A stretch of 64,000 nucleotides of DNA from an uncultured Acidimicrobiaceae bacterium (GCA_963791635.1 CAWBTC010000004.1:20422-84421), one strand, 5' to 3'; positions 36,776-45,524 are shown, numbered from the stretch's first letter. Notes: generated from the letters alone by a model not told the origin. Numbers and translations are program-made.

Positions 36776-36850
36776 CGCCACAACTCGCCACAACTCGCCA
36801 CAACTCGCGGGCGAGTGAGGGCGAGTCAGGTTGAGTCAGGCGGTCGAGGG
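36776..36850. repeat. Two adjacent tandem arrays: cgccacaact x3 (36776-36805), then g(c/t)gagt(g/c)agg-type 10-bp units x3-4 (36811-36850)
   Basis: Read directly from the sequence. The rsmG stop codon (tca 36836-38) lies inside the second array. Confidence 0.85.
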
Positions 36851-37522
36851 GGCGTGGCGCCACCGATGGACCGCACCACCGGCTCCGACCACACGGCCGT
36901 CATCGATCATTCCGGCCTCAGCCAACGCCTCCGAGGTGATGCGCACCTCGCCCTCCGGCGGCTCGCTCACGATGAGACATCCTCCGATCCGCAACAACGC
37001 GGCAGCGACACGCACCACGTCGGACAACGGCCCGAACGAGCGCGACGTGACGATGTCGAACGCCCCAGGCTCGCGCCGGATCACGGTGTCGATGTCAGCC
37101 GCCACGACCTGCACCCGATCTCCGGCACCCAGGCCGCGCACGCCGAAACGCAGAAGGTCTGCACGTTTGTCCCGACGCTCCACCAGCGTGACGGTGAGGT
37201 CTGGGCGGCGTGCCACGATCACCAAACCCGGCAGTCCGCCACCAGAGCCGAGGTCGACCAGACGCCCGCCGCGAAGGTCGTCCGGGAGGGCAAGCACGTA
37301 CTGGTCGGCGTGCGCCACGGCATCCTCGATCGTCGTCCGACCGATACCGCCACGCCGTTGGATCTCCGACAGGACACGTCGAAGCTGATCAGGAAGTTCG
37401 GCGAGGGCCGGGTCAGCGGAGTGATCGCCTCCACCCGGTGCGCGGGATGATGCCTCTGAACGCCTCAGAGGATCGCCGTCAAGCGGCGACTGTGGTGACT
37501 GCGGAGATGAGGAGTCAGTCAT
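36836..37522 (-). CDS. rsmG: 16S rRNA (guanine527-N7)-methyltransferase RsmG (GidB)
   Basis: SAM motif LVDLGSGGGLPGLVIA and C-terminal DIVTSRSFGPL. The gene sits between jag and parA. The start at ATG 37522 overlaps the jag stop. Confidence 0.9.
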   Translation of the reverse strand: MTDSSSPQSPQSPLDGDPLRRSEASSRAPGGGDHSADPALAELPDQLRRVLSEIQRRGGIGRTTIEDAVAHADQYVLALPDDLRGGRLVDLGSGGGLPGLVIVARRPDLTVTLVERRDKRADLLRFGVRGLGAGDRVQVVAADIDTVIRREPGAFDIVTSRSFGPLSDVVRVAAALLRIGGCLIVSEPPEGEVRITSEALAEAGMIDDGRVVGAGGAVHRWRHAPSTA

Positions 37523-38669
37523 TCGCCGGAGCGATGACCACGCACCGGCGTGGGTCATCACCCTCGGAGCGGGTGACGACGCCGTCGAACTCCGACAACA
37601 CGTCGTGGATGACCTTGCGGTCCGACGACGACATCGGCTCGAGACGCTTGGCCGTACCGTCGGCCACCACCTGCTCGGCCACCTGGTGAGCGAAGCGGGT
37701 GAGGGCTTCTCGGCGCCGCTCGCGATACCCACCGACATCGACCCGAAGGCGAGTGTCGTGATCGCCGAGTCGACGCTGTGCTGCGACCCGAGTCAGCTCC
37801 TGCAGCGCCTGGAGGGTGGAGCCACGGGGACCGACGAGCAGACCCAGATCGCTGCCGTCGACGGTCACCTCGAGGTCGTCTTCGTCACGACGCACCGCTG
37901 CGGTGCCGATCAGCCCGAACGCATCGACGACGCCCTGGACGAACACCCGTGCCTCTTCGCCTACCTGCTCTGCATCCACGTTGGTCTCCTTCGGCTGATC
38001 ATTGTTCGCGCTGACAGCGTTCGTTGCGCGCGCTCCGTCCTTGCGTTGGCGCCCGCCGCGCGATGAACCACTGCGTGCCGGACGTTCGACGACATCATCG
38101 CCTGCCGAGCCACCGGCTCCTGCAGCCGCGCCGTCGCCACCCTCGAACACGTCGAAGGGGTCACGATCACGACCGTCACTGGTGACCGTCGCGGCAGCTC
38201 GGCTGCGACGAGGCTTCGCTGCTGGAGCGTCGTCGCCCGACTCAGCAACGCCAGTCGTGTCGGCCTTGCCGGCCTTGTCTGCCTTACCGGTCTTGTCTGC
38301 CTTGTCGGCCTTGTCGGCCTTGACCCGGGCAGACTGTTCGCCACGAGCCCGCGCCGGCTTGGACGGTGCATCAGCGGTATCGGCGGTATTGCCGGTATTG
38401 GCGGTATCGGTGGTGTCGGCGGTATCGGACGCGTCCGGCTTGTCACCCTTGGCGCCCTTCTTGCGATCGCGCCGGTCGAGCTTGGGCCGAGGTGTGGTCG
38501 GCCGCACTCGCGCACGCACACGCGCTTCACCTCGCACTCGGCCGAACAGGCCGGCGCGGGGCTCGTCGAGCACGACGATCTCGGCATCGTCCTCGGCGAC
38601 GCCAAGTTGGTCGAGTGCCCTGTTCTTGGCCTCGTCCACTGATTTCCCGGTGGTTTCCACCCATTCCAT
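37515..38669 (-). CDS. jag: Jag/KhpB (R3H, KH-domain) RNA-binding protein with a long low-complexity Asp/Thr/Lys/Ala-rich insert
   Basis: Jag_N MEWVETTGKSVDEAKNRALDQLGV..., a C-terminal KH region, and R3H LEPMSSSDRKVIHDVL. The insert is encoded by 9-bp repeats (ggcggtatc-type and gccttgtcg-type) at about 38270-38430. Confidence 0.88.
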   Translation of the reverse strand: MEWVETTGKSVDEAKNRALDQLGVAEDDAEIVVLDEPRAGLFGRVRGEARVRARVRPTTPRPKLDRRDRKKGAKGDKPDASDTADTTDTANTGNTADTADAPSKPARARGEQSARVKADKADKADKTGKADKAGKADTTGVAESGDDAPAAKPRRSRAAATVTSDGRDRDPFDVFEGGDGAAAGAGGSAGDDVVERPARSGSSRGGRQRKDGARATNAVSANNDQPKETNVDAEQVGEEARVFVQGVVDAFGLIGTAAVRRDEDDLEVTVDGSDLGLLVGPRGSTLQALQELTRVAAQRRLGDHDTRLRVDVGGYRERRREALTRFAHQVAEQVVADGTAKRLEPMSSSDRKVIHDVLSEFDGVVTRSEGDDPRRCVVIAPAND

Positions 38670-38677
38670 CTGTTGAC

Positions 38678-39790
38678 CTACGACTTCTTCTTGGGCGCGG
38701 GGCGCGCCGGGGGGGTGGGCTTCGTGGCCTTGCCGATCGACGGCGGTCGGGTGACTCGCCCCGAGGAGGTCGGCTTGTTCTTCGGTGGCGTCACCCGCTT
38801 CGACGTCGTGGGCGCGGGAGCCGCACCCTTCCCGGCAGGCTTCGCCTTGGGATCCTTGCCATCCTTGGCGAGGGCCATGTCTCGCTTGGCCTGGGCGAAC
38901 AGACCAGATCCGCCGCCGTCTGCCTTGTTCATCTCACGAGCACGTTCACCTGCAGCTTGGGCCTGACGACCGAGGGAGTGCTCACCGGCGTAGAAGCGCT
39001 TGGTGATGTAGTACTGCAAGCCGATGCGAAAGACCGCCTGGGCCATGTAGTAGATGACGAGACCCGTGAGGTAGAAGACCAGGAACACGGCGAAGACCAC
39101 CGGCAGGTACTGCATGATCTTGGCCTGCATCTCCGACATCGTCGGGCTCACGCTTGCCCGTGCAGCCACCATCCGCTGTTGGACGAAGTACAGCGCGCCC
39201 AGCGCGATGACGAGCAAGGCGTAGACCATGCCCTTGCCGACCGACTCGCCGATGACCTCGAACGGCCGCCTGGCCAGGTCGAGACCCCACGAGAGCATCT
39301 CCGTTTCTCCGGCGAGATCCCTGAAGAGCTGACTGCTCGATGAGATGAAGTCGGGGTAGAAGACCTTCGAGAGTGCTGGCGCACCAGCGTCGGTGCAGAG
39401 ACGAAGTGCATCGGGGGACAAGTCCGCGGTACCGCACGTGACCTCACGGGTGAGGCCGTGGAGCACCTGGAACATGATGATGAACACCGGGAACTGCAGC
39501 AGCAACGGGAAGCACGAGGCCAACGGGTTGACCTTGTGCTCCTGGTAGAGCTTCATCATCTCTTCGTTGAGCTTCTGGCGATCGCCTCGGTGCTCTTGCT
39601 GCAGCTTGCGCAACTCCGGCTGAAGCCGCTGCATCTCCAGCATGCCTTTGGTCGCCTTGAGCTGCAGGGGAGCGGTGATCAACATCACCACCAGGGCGAT
39701 GAGGGAGATGGCCAAGATGTAGTTGTGGGTGAAGTCGTAGAACTTCGCCAGCAACCAGGCGGGGCCTTCGAACAGGCCGAGTGCGATCAT
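38678..39790 (-). CDS. yidC: Membrane protein insertase YidC
   Basis: Multi-TM 60-kDa-IMP core (PLQLKATKGMLEMQRLQPELRKLQQEH...KVNPLASCFPLLLQFPVFI) and a Lys/Pro-rich C-terminal tail. Confidence 0.93.
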   Translation of the reverse strand: MIALGLFEGPAWLLAKFYDFTHNYILAISLIALVVMLITAPLQLKATKGMLEMQRLQPELRKLQQEHRGDRQKLNEEMMKLYQEHKVNPLASCFPLLLQFPVFIIMFQVLHGLTREVTCGTADLSPDALRLCTDAGAPALSKVFYPDFISSSSQLFRDLAGETEMLSWGLDLARRPFEVIGESVGKGMVYALLVIALGALYFVQQRMVAARASVSPTMSEMQAKIMQYLPVVFAVFLVFYLTGLVIYYMAQAVFRIGLQYYITKRFYAGEHSLGRQAQAAGERAREMNKADGGGSGLFAQAKRDMALAKDGKDPKAKPAGKGAAPAPTTSKRVTPPKNKPTSSGRVTRPPSIGKATKPTPPARPAPKKKS

Positions 39791-39820
39791 GCGCGGCGTC
39801 GCTTTCTCATGGAGCGGGAG

Positions 39821-40087
39821 TCATCCGATCGGGTGGACGTGTGAGGACGTGTGAGGACGTGTGAGGACGTGTGAGGAGGTGGCCTCGGCCGGTGCAGGCA
39901 CGGGATCCCAGCCTGACGGACCGAACGGACGGCAACGCACCAGGCGGCGGATGGTGAGCCACAGCCCTCGACCGTTGCCGTGGACGTGGAGCGCCTCGAG
40001 GGCGTAGGACGAACACGTCGGGGTGAATCGACACGGCGAGGGCCGCCCATCGACTGCTCGTTGATACCAGAGCACCGCGCGGATCAA
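39821..40087 (-). CDS. yidD: Membrane protein insertion efficiency factor YidD
   Basis: [37 protein letters not shown]...RRLVRCRPFGPSGWDPVP. The TTG start at 40087 overlaps the rnpA stop as TTGA. Confidence 0.85.
   Translation of the reverse strand: MIRAVLWYQRAVDGRPSPCRFTPTCSSYALEALHVHGNGRGLWLTIRRLVRCRPFGPSGWDPVPAPAEATSSHVLTRPHTSSHVHPIG
39831..39880. repeat. Tandem repeat, 10-bp unit gtgaggacgt x4-5, inside the 3' end of the yidD ORF
   Basis: ggtggacgt / gtgaggacgt x3 (39841-39870) / gtgaggaggt. On the minus strand the array encodes the non-conserved tail ..SSHVLTRPHTSSHV.. of the YidD ORF. Confidence 0.9.
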
Positions 40088-40476
40088 GACGGTTGGCCGG
40101 ACGGTGTGATGGGGAGCTGGCTCTGTGACCGGACGGAAGCGATCAGCGCCTCTACGTCGGAACTCAGTTGCGGAAACGATCGTGCGGCGACCGCCGGACG
40201 ACCGCCCACGAGGTACCACCCCGGCGGCAGCGCCGACCCGGATGATCCCGGCGAACCGGTCGGCTCCGGTGCGGCCGACAACAGCGCGCGCAGCCGACGT
40301 CGTACCTGGTTGCGGACGACGGCCGGCCCCACGGCGCGGCCGATCGCAAACGCCACGCGAGGCGGCGACGCTGACGGATCGAGAAGGTAGGTGCACCACA
40401 ACACTCCGGCCCGGGCCCGGACGCCGTCCTGCGACAGACGCGCAAAGACGCTCCGCTCCCGGATGCGCCAGATCAA
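40084..40476 (-). CDS. rnpA: Ribonuclease P protein component
   Basis: It lies after rpmH and carries the RNR-type basic motif [14 protein letters not shown]. The TTG start at 40476 overlaps the rpmH stop as TTGA. Confidence 0.85.
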   Translation of the reverse strand: MIWRIRERSVFARLSQDGVRARAGVLWCTYLLDPSASPPRVAFAIGRAVGPAVVRNQVRRRLRALLSAAPEPTGSPGSSGSALPPGWYLVGGRPAVAARSFPQLSSDVEALIASVRSQSQLPITPSGQPS

Positions 40477-40607
40477 GCCGACAGCTTGTGGCGGCCCTTG
40501 GCTCGGCGTGCCTTCAGCACGGCCCGGCCAGCACGGGTGCTCATGCGGTTGCGGAAGCCGTGCTTGCGAGCCCGGCGACGGTTATTCGGTTGGTAGGTGC
40601 GCTTCAA
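40473..40607 (-). CDS. rpmH: 50S ribosomal protein L34
   Basis: Hand translation gives (TTG)[44 protein letters not shown], 44 aa. A GGAGGG lies 6 nt upstream. The ORF is too short for the six-frame track. Confidence 0.93.
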   Translation of the reverse strand: MKRTYQPNNRRRARKHGFRNRMSTRAGRAVLKARRAKGRHKLSA

Positions 40608-40991
40608 CGCGGACCCTCCTGAGACGGCCGCAGCTCCCGCTGCGGGGGGACATCATGACCCAGCGCTCGCCGCGGCTGACGCCACGAGGGCGGCCTCGCG
40701 GGCGATCGCACACGTGTGCGCGCGCCCACCACGAGAGATGAGAACTTGCACAGGTTAGGGGCAGGCCCCCCTTCCGGCAACACCGACAGGTTCGGCCGCG
40801 CGATGTACCAGGCGAGATGGGCACCTCCCGATCTCCGCCCGTTCCCCGATCGACCGTGCGGCTGCTAGGTTGCACACCTCCACGACGGAGCGTGAGCAGC
40901 CCGAAGGAGCTCGAGAGCGGGGGGTCGGCGGTCTGCACCGGCGACGGGGCGGGGCGCACTGCACACAGCCTCATGGCGAGAGCACTGGCGG

Positions 40992-41023
40992 TCGTCCACA
41001 GTTGTGGACAACGATGTGGATAG
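40992..41023. promoter_or_regulatory. Cluster of three DnaA boxes immediately upstream of dnaA
   Basis: tcgTCCACA (40992-41000, 1 mismatch), TGTGGACAA (41004-41012, a perfect reverse TTGTCCACA) and TGTGGATAg (41015-41023, 1 mismatch from the reverse of TTATCCACA). Confidence 0.75.
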
Positions 41024-41051
41024 CGGTCCGACGACGAGGGAGGAGGTGCAG

Positions 41052-42559
41052 GTGAACGACACGGAACAGGTGTGGACAGCCGTTGCGCAACTCCTGCGTG
41101 CCCAGGTGTCAGAAGCCGTGTGGTTCTCCACCTTTCAAGACGTGGTCGCCCTCGACAGTGATCCGAGCCTGTTGCGGCTCAGTGCCCCGAACGGACACAC
41201 CCGCGATCGCATCCTCTCCAGGTACCTCCCGCTCGTGCGCGACGCGATGGAGGAGATCGGCATCGCGGGGCGCCAGTTGGTGGTGGAGGTCGAGCTCGTC
41301 GAGCCGTTCGACCTCGACGGCGATTCGGGCCGCGTCGGCCAGCAGGACCGTGGCGATCGATCAGAGCGGGGAGAACGGGGAGAACGCAGCGAACGAACGG
41401 ACTACGGCGATCGCATCGAGCGAGCCGACCGCGATCGCGAGGACCGTCTCGATCGTCGTGATCGCGAGGAGCGAGCCGAACGCGAGGACCGTCGTAGCAG
41501 TGGCATGTCGTCCGGCTCGAGCCAATCGCTCGACCTCGCCGGCTTGAACCCGAGATACACGTTCGAGACGTTCGTGAAGGGCGCGTCCAACCAGTTCGCC
41601 CTCGCTGCAGCCCTCCGCGTGGCGGAAACACCTGGTCGCAGCTACAACCCGCTGTTCATCTACGGCTCGGCGGGCCTCGGCAAGACGCACCTGTTGCACG
41701 CGATCGGCCACTACGTGCACCACCACTACCAGCACGACATCGTCCGGTACGTGAGCACGGAGACGTTCCTCAACGAGTACGTCGACGGCATCCGCACCAA
41801 CACGATCGCCAACTTCAAGCGTCGCTACCGCGACATCGACGTGCTGCTGATCGACGACATCCAGTTCATGGAGGGCAAGGAAGGTCTCCAGGAGGAGTTC
41901 TTCCACACGTTCAACTCGCTGCATGGTGCCAACAAGCAGATCGTGATGTCGAGTGACCGGATGCCGGATGCGATCCCCACCTTGGAAGAGCGCCTGCGCG
42001 GTCGATTCAAGTGGGGTCTGATCACCGACATCCAGCCACCCGATCTCGAGACCCGGCTCGCGATCCTCCGCAACAAGGCAGAGCGTGATCGCAGCCCGGT
42101 GCCCGCCGACACGCTCGAGCTCATCGCCTCGCGGATCACGAGCAACATCCGTGAGCTCGAAGGTGCGCTCATCCGGGTGACCGCCTACGCCAGCCTCAAC
42201 CATGTGCCGATCAGCATCCACCTCGCCGAGCAGTTGCTCGGCGATCTGATGACCGGCTCGCAGGTGAAGACACGAACCGACGAGGAGTTGCTCGCCGAGA
42301 TCGCCGTCATCCTCGGATTCAGCGTCGAAGCCCTGCGGAGCAAGAGCCGGCAACGACCACTGGTCACTGCCCGCCAGACCGCGATGTACGTGTTCCGCGA
42401 ACTCACCGATCTGTCGTACCCGAGCATCGCCCGGCTCTTCGGGGGCGCGATCACACCACCGTCATCCACGCCGTCGACAAGATCCAGCGGCTGATGAAGG
42501 AACGCAAGCAGATCTACGACCAGGTGACCGACCTCGTCCAGCGGCTGAAGACCAGCTGA
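41052..42559 (+). CDS. dnaA: Chromosomal replication initiator DnaA; the C-terminal DNA-binding domain IV is out of frame after a G5 run at 42441-42445
   Basis: An AGGAGG lies 5 nt before GTG 41052. The AAA+ core is present ([22 protein letters not shown], sensor motifs). The listed ORF ends ..[21 protein letters not shown] at 42494, whereas the -1 frame reads [37 protein letters not shown] with a stop at 42557-42559. Confidence 0.93.
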
Positions 42560-42827
42560 TCTCCGTGGGCACCCACGCGCGGTTCGCGCGAATCGGACGC
42601 TGTGGCGCTGGGGGGAACCTGGGGACGAACGCCCGTCCGCGGGGGATGACATGCGCGCTGTCCACCGAAGCACACCCGTGTGGTTTGCTGCCTGGGGACG
42701 GAGGTGGACATCGGTGTGTACACAGGAATCGCCTCTACGCTGCACCGATGCGTGGTTGTGCACAATCCACAGCCCTTATTACCTTTATTGTCTTTTAGAA
42801 CACATCCGTGGTGAGAAAGGTTGACCT
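42560..42827. other. Putative oriC (dnaA-dnaN intergenic region) with degenerate DnaA boxes and an AT-rich element
   Basis: TTGTGCACA (42756-64, 1 mismatch), caATCCACA (42763-71), cTGTCCACc (about 42658-66), gGTGGACAt (about 42702-10) and TGTGTACAc (about 42714-22). The AT-rich stretch cttattacctttattgtcttttagaa (42775-42800) is unusual for this genome. dnaA-dnaN is the canonical actinobacterial oriC location. Confidence 0.6.
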
Positions 42828-43922
42828 GTGAAGTTCCGTTGCGAGCGTGAGACCCTGGCCGAAGCGTTGGCCACTGCAGGGCGTGCCGCCACCGGTCGTA
42901 CGGGCACCTTGCCGGTGCTGTCGGGCCTTCGCCTCGAGCTGACAGGAGATCTGCTCACCGTCACGGGCACCGATCTCGACCTCACGATTCAGCTCGAGAT
43001 CGCTGTTGGTGGTGAGACCGACGGAGGTGTCGTGCTGCCGGCACGCCTGTCGAGTGACATCGTCCGCTCCCTTCCGGCCGGCAAGGTCGAGCTCGATGTC
43101 ACCGACGACGACGTGAAGATCAGCGGTGGACGCTCGCAGTTCAGCGTTCGGCCCCTGTCGCTCGATGACTATCCACGCCTGTCGGCACCGGCGTCGAGTG
43201 CGGTCACGATCAATGCTGCAGCGTTCGGCGAGGCGCTGCGCCAGGTGGTCCGGGCGGCCAGCACCGACGAGGCCCGGCCGATCCTCACCGGTGTGCTCCT
43301 CACCGCCGAGAACGACGGACTGCGCCTCGTGGCCACGGATTCGTATCGACTCGCGGTCCGAGATCTCCCCGGCGTCAGTGTCCTCGGCGCCGACCAGAAG
43401 GTGCTGGTTCCCGGTCGTGCGCTCAACGAGCTCCAGCGCGTGCTCGGCCTCGGCGAAGAGCTCGTGTTGCGTCTCGGCGAACGCGATGCCACGTTCGAGA
43501 TCGGCACGACCCGGCTCACGACACGCCTCATCGAGGGTGAGTTCCCGAACTATCGCCAGCTCATCCCGGCAAGTCACCCCAACGTGCTCACCGTCGACCG
43601 CGAGCCGCTGCTCGAGGCCATCCGCCGCGTCAAGATCCTGGCTCGCGATGCCACGCCGGTGCGGCTGTCGATCGCATCCGACGGGCTCAAGCTCACCGCG
43701 ATCACCCAGGACGTCGGCAACGCGACCGAAGAGCTCGATGCCAGCGCGGAAGGGTCCGACCTCGTCGTCGCATTCAACCCCGACTACCTGGCAGCGGGTG
43801 TCGAAGCCGTGTCGTCGGATCAGATCACGTTGTCCACGATCGATGCACTGAAGCCGGCCGTCGTTCGCGGCGTCGGCTCCGATGATTACCTGTATCTGTT
43901 GATGCCCGTTCGCGTGCCGTGA
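42828..43922 (+). CDS. dnaN: DNA polymerase III beta sliding clamp
   Basis: (GTG)MKFRCERETLAEALATAGRAATGRTGTLPVLSGLRLE..., C-terminal YLLMPVRV, 364 aa. Confidence 0.96.
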   Translation: MKFRCERETLAEALATAGRAATGRTGTLPVLSGLRLELTGDLLTVTGTDLDLTIQLEIAVGGETDGGVVLPARLSSDIVRSLPAGKVELDVTDDDVKISGGRSQFSVRPLSLDDYPRLSAPASSAVTINAAAFGEALRQVVRAASTDEARPILTGVLLTAENDGLRLVATDSYRLAVRDLPGVSVLGADQKVLVPGRALNELQRVLGLGEELVLRLGERDATFEIGTTRLTTRLIEGEFPNYRQLIPASHPNVLTVDREPLLEAIRRVKILARDATPVRLSIASDGLKLTAITQDVGNATEELDASAEGSDLVVAFNPDYLAAGVEAVSSDQITLSTIDALKPAVVRGVGSDDYLYLLMPVRVP

Positions 43923-44010
43923 TCATGCGCGGCGGCGCGAGCTGCTGCAGCGTGGGCTGGCGCCGGCTCGTCGGGAGCCCGGCCGGTTCCACCCGCGCGA
44001 GAGGTGCACG

Positions 44011-45201
44011 ATGATCGTCACCCGGCTCGAACTGGTGGACTATCGCAACTACGTCTCGGCCACGTTCGTGCTCGGGTCGGGCACCACGGCAGTGGTGGGA
44101 CTCAATGGCCAGGGCAAGACCAACTTTGCCGAGGCCTTGGGCTACCTGTCCACGCTCGACAGCTTCCGCGGCGCCCCAGCAGAGGCCCTCATCCGACTGG
44201 GCACCGACGCCGCTGTGATCCGCGCCTCGGTGCTGCAGGAAGACGGCCGTGAGGTGCTCGTCGAGGCCGAACTCAACCGGTCGGGACGCAACAGGGTGCT
44301 GGTGAACCGACAGAAGCTGCCACGCACACGCGATCTGCTGGGCGTCGTGCGGGTCAGCGTGTTCTCCCCTGACGACCTGGCGCTGGTGAAAGAAGGTCCA
44401 GGTGAGCGGCGCCGGTTCCTCGACGACACCCTCGTCGCCCTCGCGTTGAAGCACGACGCGATGAGACTCGAGCTCGACCGGGTGGTGAAGCAGCGCAACA
44501 CCCTGCTCAAGCAGGCACATGGCCGTCTGGACGACGCCGCACGGGTCACGCTCGACGTGTGGGATGCGAAGCTCGCCCAGCTCGGTGACCAGTTCGGTCA
44601 CGCCAGATCGGTCCTGGTCGCGCGACTCGACCCGATGGTGCATGAGGCGTACGAGCACCTGGCGGGCGCCGCCACCCCGATCGAGCTGCGCTACGAGCCG
44701 GTCTGGCGCCGGCGCGGCTTGGCCAGCGCACTCGCCGAGTCGCGCGACGACGACGTGAGGCGTGGTGTGTCGACCGTGGGCCCGCACCGTGACGATGTCG
44801 ACCTGGTCGTGAACGGCATGCCGGCACGCACGCACGCCTCCCAGGGCGAGCAGCGCACCCTCGCGCTCGCCCTCCGCCTCGCTGCACATCGACTGATCAC
44901 CGACCGCACGGGCAGCGCACCCGTGCTGATCCTCGACGATGTGCTGAGCGAGCTCGATGCCCAACGGGCGACAGCCCTGCTCAGGCATCTTCCGGCCGGT
45001 CAGGTGGTGCTCACCACGGCGTCGCAGCTCCCCGAGGCTGCGCATCCCGATGCGACCGTGCGAATCGTCGCCGGCACGGTCGAGGGTCGAGGTCCCGAGT
45101 CACCCGCTCCCGCTGGTCGGTCCGGTCCCGCCGACGGCTCTGTTGCGGAGACGGCCGGTACGGTGGATGTCGATGGCAACCGAGCCGGTACCGATCCGTG
45201 A
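44011..45201 (+). CDS. recF: DNA replication and repair protein RecF
   Basis: MIVTRLELVDYRNY, Walker A GLNGQGKTNFAEAL, SMC signature SQGEQRTLALAL and Walker B VLILDDV. Confidence 0.95.
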   Translation: MIVTRLELVDYRNYVSATFVLGSGTTAVVGLNGQGKTNFAEALGYLSTLDSFRGAPAEALIRLGTDAAVIRASVLQEDGREVLVEAELNRSGRNRVLVNRQKLPRTRDLLGVVRVSVFSPDDLALVKEGPGERRRFLDDTLVALALKHDAMRLELDRVVKQRNTLLKQAHGRLDDAARVTLDVWDAKLAQLGDQFGHARSVLVARLDPMVHEAYEHLAGAATPIELRYEPVWRRRGLASALAESRDDDVRRGVSTVGPHRDDVDLVVNGMPARTHASQGEQRTLALALRLAAHRLITDRTGSAPVLILDDVLSELDAQRATALLRHLPAGQVVLTTASQLPEAAHPDATVRIVAGTVEGRGPESPAPAGRSGPADGSVAETAGTVDVDGNRAGTDP

Positions 45202-45493
45202 TTCGCTCACCGGCGTGGTGCGGTCGCTGCGCGGACCCGAATCGACCAGGGTCGGCGCCGTGCCGTCGCATGCGATCGGCGGGGTGTTCGGACGATGGGA
45301 CGAGATGGTCGGACCAGCCGTCGCGGCCCATGTCCAGCCGGTGAAACTCGATGGCGACCGGCTCGTCGTCGAGGTTGACGACCCGGCGTGGGCGACGCAA
45401 CTCAAGTTCCTCGAGGCCGATCTACGCGAGCGGCTGCTCGAGGTGGCGGGCGCGGCGATCCGCCATTTCGAGATCCGGGTCAAGCGCTCGTGA
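45167..45493 (+). CDS. DUF721 (DciA-like, Rv0004-type) protein
   Basis: It sits between recF and gyrB. The C-terminal pattern is LVVEVDDPAWATQLKFLEADLRERL. Start at ATG 45167 or 45173, overlapping the recF 3' end. Confidence 0.75.
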   Translation: MSMATEPVPIRDSLTGVVRSLRGPESTRVGAVPSHAIGGVFGRWDEMVGPAVAAHVQPVKLDGDRLVVEVDDPAWATQLKFLEADLRERLLEVAGAAIRHFEIRVKRS

Positions 45494-45524
45494 GCTCGTC
45501 GCGAACGCCGGATCGAAACGCACG

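Noticed and set aside
35168-36863. Six overlapping ORFs of 110-271 aa in the parA-rsmG spacer as possible genes.
   Set aside because: All are Arg/Ser/Pro/Trp-rich. They overlap one another on both strands, several read straight through the parS palindromes (..WFHVE.., ..FHVEP..), and none has an RBS or a recognisable fold signature.
40707-40720. A perfect 14-bp palindrome cgcaCACGTGtgcg in the rpmH-dnaA spacer as an extra parS or operator.
   Set aside because: It shares only the central CACGTG with parS. By my rough estimate several perfect 14-bp palindromes are expected by chance in 64 kb at this composition, so on its own it is not significant.
42441-42445. Programmed ribosomal frameshifting in dnaA at the G5 run.
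   Set aside because: No slippery heptamer or downstream structure is evident. dnaA is not known to be recoded. Several other conserved genes in the window show similar single-base deficits, so a sequencing or assembly indel is the parsimonious explanation.
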